Shown here in pieces: positions 9,869 through 17,617 of a stretch of 64,000 nt of DNA. This stretch comes from an uncultured Candidatus Saccharibacteria bacterium (GTDB lineage Bacteria; Patescibacteriota; UBA1384; DTJR01). Location: NCBI GenBank assembly GCA_964487045.1, contig CAZAOT010000002.1:53305-117304 (forward strand). Direction: 5' to 3'. Made by a program: the position numbers and the translations under genes. The stretch's first letter is position 1. Every line of letters starts with the position of its first letter. Under the pieces are notes generated by a model that had not been told where the DNA came from, did no database searches, and was given only the letters and a program-made list of their open reading frames with translations.

Positions 9869-10858
9869 ATGAATGATAAAAATTTTCAGAAAAATGTAGA
9901 AAGACTAATCGATCCAGTCAGTGTCGGATCTATTCACTTTGCTCAGACTTTCAATCAAAAGCTACCCAAGTCAGTGCAGACAAAACTAATCGAATCTTCA
10001 TCAAAAACTATTTCTTCGATGGGTTTTGTGGTTGAGCCATACAGCTCGTTTCTATGCTACGAAATAATTGATCTTGAAAAAGCCAAAGAACTTCTCCCAA
10101 GAGGCTTTAAAATGATTAAAACAAGAATATTCGACGATGATGAGCCCAAATATTATTCAATTTTCGGCTGCTTCAGGGCCCATACGAGTGCATTCTGGGG
10201 ACTTAGGAACGAGTTTTATATCATTGCTGAGAATGAATCTACTGGACTTTTGAGCTGGATAATTGTCGATTATGATTCGGACACTATCAGCTACGATAAA
10301 GCTAGTGGCTTAAGGCCACCAAACGCTCCCAGGTCAGTTGTGACCACAGACTGCAAAGGCTTTGTTTTGGTAGATATCAAAAATCCCGAGCTTAACCGTC
10401 AAATGATTTTCAGTCTTAAAGTCGAAAACGGAGTGCATAAGAAGCTCGATCAAAGACTTTGGCTTGAGGGTAATTTATCAATTGGATACGGTAAAGTCTT
10501 GTCGAAAAATAACGCTGACATATTCTCTCTCAAATTCGAGCCCTGCGAAGTCGAGAAAGCACTTAAAATTGACGACAAAGATCTAGAGCTGGAGTCAAAC
10601 ACCTGGTATCCCGGCTTGATTGCCGAGCAGCCTAGCCAGATCGTTTGTTTTCCTTATGCACAGCATTTCGTTTCTGACAGCCCGGGATTTTCTAGCAATA
10701 TAAAAGATAGAGATGAGTTAATTGATGCAGTCACAAAAATTGATTTCAATAAAATCAAAGTAATGTCACCGAAGTCATTTCAGCAGATGATTGTCGTAGG
10801 TAGCGCTGTTTCTTTTGTGATTACAATTATTTTGATAATTCTACTAATAATTAAATAA
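9869..10858 (+). CDS. Hypothetical protein with C-terminal TM anchor
   Basis: 329-aa ORF with a hydrophobic C-terminal helix. Confidence 0.7.
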   Translation: MNDKNFQKNVERLIDPVSVGSIHFAQTFNQKLPKSVQTKLIESSSKTISSMGFVVEPYSSFLCYEIIDLEKAKELLPRGFKMIKTRIFDDDEPKYYSIFGCFRAHTSAFWGLRNEFYIIAENESTGLLSWIIVDYDSDTISYDKASGLRPPNAPRSVVTTDCKGFVLVDIKNPELNRQMIFSLKVENGVHKKLDQRLWLEGNLSIGYGKVLSKNNADIFSLKFEPCEVEKALKIDDKDLELESNTWYPGLIAEQPSQIVCFPYAQHFVSDSPGFSSNIKDRDELIDAVTKIDFNKIKVMSPKSFQQMIVVGSAVSFVITIILIILLIIK

Positions 10859-10872
10859 TATAAATTTCTGAT

Positions 10873-11052
10873 TTGGCGAGCTAGAAGCTCGCGCTTATAT
10901 TGAAAACCCCAAGAACTTGTTGCGGGCAAGTTCCTAGGTTTTCAAACTTTCCTGACCTCAACACGCTTCAGGGACTACTCAAATTTTTTCTTACTGATGA
11001 GCCTCGCCCTGACAAGTTTGCAGGGCTACTCATCTAGCGAAAAAATTCTCAC
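10873..11052 (-). repeat. Structured repeat family A, divergent copy 3
   Basis: Reverse complement has the GCAAACTTG loop, GGTCAGGAAA linker, AAAACC..GGTTTT stem and terminal GCGAGCT..AGCTCGCC hairpin. Confidence 0.75.
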
Positions 11053-11150
11053 TTTATTTGTTGTTTGGATAATTCAAAATTAACCAAACTATAAGTAAAA
11101 GAAAAACCCCCGGACGCAAGCGGCCGGGGTTTGTAGCGACAGGTCCTCTG

Positions 11151-11438
11151 TCAGAGCGTAGGCAGTACCACGCGAAAAAACGTGATAGTTGCCATGACAG
11201 CAGGGACGCTGAAGCCAATCAGCGCGACCAGCTTCGTGAGCGTTCGTGGGGTCGCCTGCAGGAACCCTCTCAGCCAACTCGTGAAGACAAAGGCATTCGC
11301 AGAGATCTGCAGGATAGCCGTGGCCAACCTCCACTCCTCATGATTACTGAGGTAGAAATTGGCCAGCACGAACATCGTCAATCCCGTCAGACCTGACAAG
11401 ATCATCAGGATTCTGACACTGCGACTAATTCCGGCCAT
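11151..11438 (-). CDS. GC-rich small membrane protein (3 TM)
   Basis: Hydrophobic 95 aa with its own TTGACT promoter (~11501) and terminator 11102-11132. Confidence 0.65.
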   Translation of the reverse strand: MAGISRSVRILMILSGLTGLTMFVLANFYLSNHEEWRLATAILQISANAFVFTSWLRGFLQATPRTLTKLVALIGFSVPAVMATITFFRVVLPTL

Positions 11439-11509
11439 TTTCTCACTTCCAGTGATTGGCGCAGAATGTTGGATAATATCATATTTTTAGCAAAAAGTCA
11501 ATGCTAGAA

Positions 11510-11542
11510 TCCTTGCGTATCAGGTTAAAAAGTTCTATTATT
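11510..11542 (+). repeat. 33-bp exact direct repeat containing a sigma70-like promoter, copy 1
   Basis: TCCTTGCGTATCAGGTTAAAAAGTTCTATTATT, identical at 12484-12516; TTGCGT-N17-TATTAT. Confidence 0.85.
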
Positions 11543-11753
11543 GAGTTAATGTGTTGGCCAATAATATATTAAATTGATGACAGATATGTCGGAAAAATTT
11601 ATTGAGAGCAATAATTGATCAATAATTTGAATAAAATACGATGTATGGATTTTACAGGATCTGCATTGACAGAATCTAGCTTTTTTGATATTATGTACTT
11701 AGCTAAAAACACCCGCCCTGCTATGCACGGCGGGTTTTATATTAAGGGGAAAT

Positions 11754-12317
11754 ATGAGTTCTAAAGAGAGGGTGGGAATATTTATTGATGGCAGTAATCT
11801 GTATCACAAGCTGAAAAATAAAGAAATAAATATTAAGAACACAGGTAGATTTGATTTTTGTGAATTCTGTAATTGGTTAGCACGCGATAGGGAGATTATT
11901 TTCAAAGCATATTATATCGGAGTTGTACGAGCTAAGGCTGACGACAAGAAAGCTCAGAACATGCGAAAAAGCCAACAGAAATTGTTTTCTCATTTATGCA
12001 GCAAATCACAAAATTTTGTTGTTAGACGTGGGTTTATGATGAAAAACGACGGTGCATTTCATAAAAAAGGAGTCGATGTACACCTAGCCACAGACCTATT
12101 AGTTGGTGCGTACGAGGATTTGTGGGATACGGCAATAATCGTTTCCTCAGATACAGACTTAATTCCAGCGATTGAAAAAGTTAAACAGATCGGAAAGAAA
12201 GTCGAATATATCGGCTTCGCTCATCTGCCCAGTTTTGGCCTGCAGAAATATGCATCACTATCCCGGCTCTTGATAAAAGAAGATGTTCAGGCTTTTGAGT
12301 ACAAAAATGAAAGATAA
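11754..12317 (+). CDS. NYN (LabA/DUF88, PIN-like) domain ribonuclease
   Basis: IFIDGSNLY, KGVDVHLATD and SSDTDLIPA motifs. Confidence 0.9.
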   Translation: MSSKERVGIFIDGSNLYHKLKNKEINIKNTGRFDFCEFCNWLARDREIIFKAYYIGVVRAKADDKKAQNMRKSQQKLFSHLCSKSQNFVVRRGFMMKNDGAFHKKGVDVHLATDLLVGAYEDLWDTAIIVSSDTDLIPAIEKVKQIGKKVEYIGFAHLPSFGLQKYASLSRLLIKEDVQAFEYKNER

Positions 12318-12483
12318 GTGCCTTGTTCAATTGGAGATAGAGAAAAAGTTGAAAATAGTATTAAAAGCGGGAGGCGTCACCAGCAGCACGTAGCTTTCGG
12401 TTCGTTTCTCCCTCTTAATTAACTATAATTTATTCATTTTATCAACTTTTGTCAATATTTAGATTAAAAATATATTATATATT

Positions 12484-12516
12484 TCCTTGCGTATCAGGTT
12501 AAAAAGTTCTATTATT
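12484..12516 (+). promoter_or_regulatory. 33-bp repeat copy 2; probable promoter of the RM operon
   Basis: Same sequence as 11510-11542, 32 bp upstream of ATG 12549. Confidence 0.7.
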
Positions 12517-12548
12517 AGCCAAGAAGTTAGTAATTAAATTTATTTTTT

Positions 12549-12809
12549 ATGGATAGAATCGAGAAATTAGAAGAAGAGATTCAGCTGATTAAAAAACGAA
12601 ACACTTCGGTTGAGCTGGATAAGCAGTGGGAAACCAGCTGGACGAGAAGGGGACTGATCGCACTTTTCACTTACTTAGCAATCTCGCTTTATATGCTTGC
12701 AATTAACATCGACCGACCGTTTCTCAACGCCATCGTCCCAACCGTCGGCTTCATGCTCTCAACCTTGACTTTGCCGTGGTTTAAAAAGATGTGGATAAAA
12801 AATAAATGA
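12549..12809 (+). CDS. Small 2-TM membrane protein
   Basis: Coiled N-terminus, RNTSVELDKQWETSWTRR, two hydrophobic helices. Confidence 0.8.
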   Translation: MDRIEKLEEEIQLIKKRNTSVELDKQWETSWTRRGLIALFTYLAISLYMLAINIDRPFLNAIVPTVGFMLSTLTLPWFKKMWIKNK

Positions 12810-12913
12810 ATATCGACTATAAAGAATTAGAAAAGTTTTTGTATAACGCCAATTTAGTCTTTGAGCAAAATTTTATTGGTGGGATAATTGTGGGGAGGAA
12901 TAATGACCGATGA
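12806..12913 (+). pseudogene. 35-aa coupled mini-ORF, probable internally deleted gene
   Basis: ATGA overlap with the upstream stop; MNIDYKELEKFLYNAN joined to LVFEQNFIGGII. Confidence 0.4.
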
Positions 12914-14483
12914 TCAAAAAAGAAATTTAGAAAAGCAGCTCTGGGGTGTCGCGAATGTGCTGCGCGGTAAGATGAATGCCGATGAGTACAAGAACTACAT
13001 TCTCGGCTTTATTTTTTATAAGTATCTTTCTGAAAAGCTGGAAAATTTTGTTGATGAAAAGTTGCTAAAAGGCGACGGAATAAAATTTTCAGATATTAAA
13101 GAAAATACAAAAGAGGGGCAAGAATACATTACTAGCATAAAAAAGCGCTGTTTAAACGAACTTGGCTTTTTTCTTATGCCGACCGAATTATTCTCCTACT
13201 TGGTAAAAAAGGGCAAAGGCGATTTGAAAACCGACGGCAATTTCATTCTCGAAGATCTAAAAAGTGTTTTAAACAAAATCGAACAAACATCTCAAAATAC
13301 TGACTCGGAAGATGACTTCAAGGGGTTGTTTGCGGACGTATCACTAACTTCAGACAAACTGGGCAATGGTGAAAATAAAAAGAATGAAACAATTGTCGAT
13401 GTGCTGTCTTTATTAGATGAAATTGACTTCAAACTAGATGATGCAAAAAGTGATCTTTTGGGTGATGCTTATGAATACCTAATCGGCCAATTTGCTGCCG
13501 GTGCTGGCAAAAAAGGCGGTGAATTCTACACCCCGGCACAAGTTTCTCGACTTTTAGCCCAAATTGTGACCGAAGGGAAAAGCCGTATCCGCTCTGCATA
13601 TGACGCAACTTGCGGCTCGGGTTCTTTGCTTTTGCGCCTTCGCGAATTTTCTCAAGTAGATGATTATTACGGTCAAGAGCTAAACCCGACAACCTACAAC
13701 CTCGCCCGCATGAATATGATTCTTCACGGCGTTCACTTTGATCACTTCAATATCAAACAAGGCGATACGTTGACAAACGATCTGCATCCGGATCTTAAAG
13801 CCGAAGCAATTGTTGCTAATCCGCCATTTTCTGCTGAATGGAAGGGCGAAAAAGATCCCGCACTTGTCCAGGATGAGAGATTTGCGCAATATGGACGACT
13901 CGCTCCAAATAAAAGAGCTGACTATGCTTTCGTAACTCACATGATTCATCACTTAGCTGATAATGGCATAATGGCAATTTTGCTTCCTCATGGTGTGCTT
14001 TTTGCCGGCTCTGCTAATTTAACAATTCGCCGATATATCATTGAGAAATTAAATTATTTAGATGCAGTAATAGGGTTGCCGGCCAATTTATTTTATAATG
14101 TCGGGATACCTGCATGCATTTTAGTGTTCAAAAAATGCCGCAAACAAGACGGCGATATTCTCTTTATCGATGCGTCACGAGAGTTCGCTAAAGGCAAGAA
14201 TCAAAACCACCTGACAAGCGAAAACCTTGCCAAGATATTTGAAACTTACAAAGACCGCAAAGAAGTCGATAAATATTCGCACAAGGCAACACTCGATGAA
14301 ATCAAAGAAAACGACTTCAATCTAAATATTCCTCGTTATGTCGATACCTTCGAACCAGAACCGGAAATTAACCTCAACGAAGTCGTCACCGAAATCAAAA
14401 AGATCGACACCGACATGATCGAAGTCGATAAAAAAATCACAGAATATTGCAAGGAATTAAATATAAAATCACCTTTTCAATAA
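12903..14483 (+). CDS. hsdM: Type I RM methyltransferase subunit
   Basis: LWGVANVLRG, GEFYTP, DATCGSGSLL and ANPPF; GGAGG RBS before ATG 12903. Confidence 0.95.
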   Translation: MTDDQKRNLEKQLWGVANVLRGKMNADEYKNYILGFIFYKYLSEKLENFVDEKLLKGDGIKFSDIKENTKEGQEYITSIKKRCLNELGFFLMPTELFSYLVKKGKGDLKTDGNFILEDLKSVLNKIEQTSQNTDSEDDFKGLFADVSLTSDKLGNGENKKNETIVDVLSLLDEIDFKLDDAKSDLLGDAYEYLIGQFAAGAGKKGGEFYTPAQVSRLLAQIVTEGKSRIRSAYDATCGSGSLLLRLREFSQVDDYYGQELNPTTYNLARMNMILHGVHFDHFNIKQGDTLTNDLHPDLKAEAIVANPPFSAEWKGEKDPALVQDERFAQYGRLAPNKRADYAFVTHMIHHLADNGIMAILLPHGVLFAGSANLTIRRYIIEKLNYLDAVIGLPANLFYNVGIPACILVFKKCRKQDGDILFIDASREFAKGKNQNHLTSENLAKIFETYKDRKEVDKYSHKATLDEIKENDFNLNIPRYVDTFEPEPEINLNEVVTEIKKIDTDMIEVDKKITEYCKELNIKSPFQ

Positions 14484-14484
14484 A

Positions 14485-15042
14485 ATGAAGAACCCCGAAA
14501 ATTACGATGCAATTCGAATTGATGGAATAATTTGGAAGATACAAGGATCTGAAGTTATTCCAATTTGCCCAAAAGATAATTTACAAATGTACCCAGTTAA
14601 TAATTCTCGTTTTGGATGGGAAGATGATATTTATAATCGTAGTAATATTCTAAAATGCCTAGATGATCATTTTGTCGAGATGAAAAGGGGCTATGGTGAT
14701 GAGATACGCTATATCACTGACCGTTTAAAGGCCAGGGATCTTAAAAATATTAAAATTTTAAACCTTGATGATGAAGCTATGCCGATTGCAAAAGCAAATT
14801 CGAAAACAACCGATAATAAATATTCGGCAACTATTCAAGTAATGGAATCAAAGCGTGGATTGCAGGTTGTCGTTTACGCTGGAAAAAAGGGTGGCAAAAA
14901 TACACAAATTTTCGTAGAGCCGGAAGCGAAAAAGATGAGTTTTGATCATAATGATGCACACCCCAGTGAAATCTTTACTGAAATTACTGCGAAATTTCAA
15001 GACGGTACTTCCAGCACAATTAAAAAAAATGACAAAAATTAA
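14485..15042 (+). CDS. Hypothetical protein inside RM operon
   Basis: 185-aa ORF tightly packed between hsdM and hsdS; CPKD...C..DH possible metal site. Confidence 0.75.
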   Translation: MKNPENYDAIRIDGIIWKIQGSEVIPICPKDNLQMYPVNNSRFGWEDDIYNRSNILKCLDDHFVEMKRGYGDEIRYITDRLKARDLKNIKILNLDDEAMPIAKANSKTTDNKYSATIQVMESKRGLQVVVYAGKKGGKNTQIFVEPEAKKMSFDHNDAHPSEIFTEITAKFQDGTSSTIKKNDKN

Positions 15043-16255
15043 CACCCCAAAACTTAGATTCAAGGAATTCACTGACGAGTGGCAAGAAAAAAAGCTCTGC
15101 GATGTTTTGTTGTGTATTGTGGATAATCGTGGAAAAACACCTGGATTATCCAGCAGGGGAATTCCCTTGATAGAAGTAAATGCAATGGGTGCAAAGAAAG
15201 TTGATTATTTTGGTATCAACAAATATGTCAGCGATGAAACTTATGAAAAATGGTTTAGAAAGCATATTTCAGAGGGAGATGTATTATTCAGCACGGTCGG
15301 AAAGACAGCGGTATGTTCTACTTATAGCGGGGACAAAAAAGCTGCAATTGCTCAAAATATTGTTGGCCTGAGAGCAAATCATCAAAATTCTGCAAACTTT
15401 TTATATTATTTATTAATTGAACCTAGTAATAATAATAAATTTAAGAAAATAGAAATGACTGCTGTTCAGCCAAGCGTTAAAGTTTCTCAAATGATTCACC
15501 TAAAATTTAATCTGCCTCAGAAGCCCGAGCAGCAAAAAATTGCTGATTTTTTAGGAGCGGTGGATGAGAAGATTGAAAAATTGGAAGAAAAGAAAAAGGC
15601 ATTTGAAAAATACAAAAAAGGCATTATGCAGGCAATTTTCAGCCAAATGATTCGTTTCAAAAAACCCGACGGCTCAAATTTTCCGGATTGGGAAGAAAAG
15701 AAATTAGGAGAAATTGGTGAATTTTATCGTGGCCACAGCTACACGGCTGCTAACGTTAAAGTCGAGGGTTTCCTTGTGCTTAGGTCAAATAATATCCAAG
15801 GAAATAAATTAATAATCAATCGCGATCTTCAATTTGTTAACAAGCCTTTTGGTAAACAAATAGCGCTGAGAAAAGATGACATAGCAATATGCATGGCAAA
15901 CGGTAGTAAGCAACTGGTCGGCAAATCAGCTGTGTATGATGGGGATTACAACGGTCCCGCTACAGTTGGCGCATTTTGCTCAATTTATCGATCAAAATGT
16001 TTATTAGCCAAATATTTATTTGAATTGTCAAAGTACGACCGGGAGATTGAACTTCTCCTAAGCGGCACCAACATCAACAATTTAAAAAACTCGGATTTAG
16101 CGAGTATAGGATTCAAATTACCCACATCATTTGAAGAACAAGAAAAAATTGCAGAGTTTTTGTTTACGTTAGATAATAAAATCAATTTAATAAATAGCCT
16201 GCTGGAGCAGACAAAACTTTTCAAAAAATCATTGCTGCAAAGGATGTTTGTATGA
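15029..16255 (+). CDS. hsdS: Type I RM specificity subunit
   Basis: PKLRF..F...W start, two TRDs, repeated EQQKIADF/EQEKIAEF conserved helices, ends LLQRMFV. Confidence 0.95.
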   Translation: MTKINTPKLRFKEFTDEWQEKKLCDVLLCIVDNRGKTPGLSSRGIPLIEVNAMGAKKVDYFGINKYVSDETYEKWFRKHISEGDVLFSTVGKTAVCSTYSGDKKAAIAQNIVGLRANHQNSANFLYYLLIEPSNNNKFKKIEMTAVQPSVKVSQMIHLKFNLPQKPEQQKIADFLGAVDEKIEKLEEKKKAFEKYKKGIMQAIFSQMIRFKKPDGSNFPDWEEKKLGEIGEFYRGHSYTAANVKVEGFLVLRSNNIQGNKLIINRDLQFVNKPFGKQIALRKDDIAICMANGSKQLVGKSAVYDGDYNGPATVGAFCSIYRSKCLLAKYLFELSKYDREIELLLSGTNINNLKNSDLASIGFKLPTSFEEQEKIAEFLFTLDNKINLINSLLEQTKLFKKSLLQRMFV

Positions 16256-16515
16256 AACCCGAAAACTATGAGCAGCTAAATACGGTTCATTTAGATGACC
16301 TTGATCGTCTGTTGAATTCATGTGGCATAAATTCAGAATACAAACAAAAAAAGGTTAAGTGCAAATTTTGCAAAAACACAATCGACAGTAATAATGTTTA
16401 TTCTGTATTCAAGGATTCAGGTTCTTACAAATTAATATGTGACCGACCAGAATGTATTCAGTCACTACTACAACTTGTTAATGAGCGGAAGAAAAAGGAG
16501 TGCGGTAATGAATGA
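16252..16515 (+). CDS. Small Cys-rich (Zn-binding) protein inside RM operon
   Basis: CKFC...CDRPEC; ATGA-coupled to hsdS. Confidence 0.75.
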   Translation: MKPENYEQLNTVHLDDLDRLLNSCGINSEYKQKKVKCKFCKNTIDSNNVYSVFKDSGSYKLICDRPECIQSLLQLVNERKKKECGNE

Positions 16516-17617
16516 TGCTTGGAAGTATTTATCGGGATTTGGTTCAGGAACATTTATTACAATAGTTATTGCGTATATCCTTTTTAAGAACCCCGAGGTC
16601 GTCAAGAAATGGGGTGCAATATTCTACGATCTTCTATCAAGAATATTTGATAAGTATAAATATAAATCCGAAAAGTATAGAATCGAAACAAAGCTCAATA
16701 GCTTCGTTGATGATCTCTCTAGAGATTCCGACATCGATCCAACTAAAGTAAGGATTCAATGGGCGGCTAGAGAGGAGGATGAGAAATGTTTAGTTAATGA
16801 TAATGACGTAATTATTGTTATGCGCGATAGAGAACACAAACATAGAAACTTTGTTCACGCAGCATATTTTTTTACATCCAACATGCTGCTCTGGAGAACA
16901 AAAAGACACATTTCAAAAAAACAAGGGCAAGCGATCGATATATACACAGCAAAAAAAATCATAGAGAAAGACCCTGTTTCGCTAAGGATTTATTTAGAGA
17001 ATTATTTTCAGCCACTTCTTGAAGATGCTGACGTTAATAAGTTGGTAAAAAAATTCGTCGAAATTGATAAGTCGGGATTTTATACTAATATTCTTCTAAC
17101 TGAATTATCTTCCCTTGGTTATAAAACACTTTTGGACGCAAAGGACAGCGACATCGTAGTTGAGGCAAAACTTCTCATTGAATTTCTCTATAATTTTGCA
17201 AACCGCGAACTTGGTGATGAGCAAACTGAAGATACCTTCATCGGAAAATATTCTAGGTGCTCTATTAAGATTGTTTCTACAATTACACTCAGAATCCTCG
17301 ATCGAGTTGAGTCTCCAGCGAAAAGAATTCTCGACGCTTTTTCCAGAGGTCTAGAAAATGTGTACATTATTGGACCTTACGGTGAATATGGCAAGGTTTT
17401 TATTGACAAAGTAATAGATAAGGTAATTTCATCAAATGAAAATCTGGTAGTTTGTCAAAAAAGAAAATTTACTGGCTGTATTAAAAAGGATGGCGAGAAG
17501 ATTTCGATATTAACATATTTTGCTCATATTCAGAATCCTAAACAGATATCCTATTTAATTACTGATGATATGACAGAGAGAATTGAAAAATTTAAAACTG
17601 AGGCTGTTGAAAAATGA
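16508..17617 (+). CDS. Single-TM unknown protein inside RM operon
   Basis: N-terminal TM helix and large soluble domain; overlaps the upstream gene and is ATGA-coupled to hsdR. Confidence 0.75.
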   Translation: MNDAWKYLSGFGSGTFITIVIAYILFKNPEVVKKWGAIFYDLLSRIFDKYKYKSEKYRIETKLNSFVDDLSRDSDIDPTKVRIQWAAREEDEKCLVNDNDVIIVMRDREHKHRNFVHAAYFFTSNMLLWRTKRHISKKQGQAIDIYTAKKIIEKDPVSLRIYLENYFQPLLEDADVNKLVKKFVEIDKSGFYTNILLTELSSLGYKTLLDAKDSDIVVEAKLLIEFLYNFANRELGDEQTEDTFIGKYSRCSIKIVSTITLRILDRVESPAKRILDAFSRGLENVYIIGPYGEYGKVFIDKVIDKVISSNENLVVCQKRKFTGCIKKDGEKISILTYFAHIQNPKQISYLITDDMTERIEKFKTEAVEK

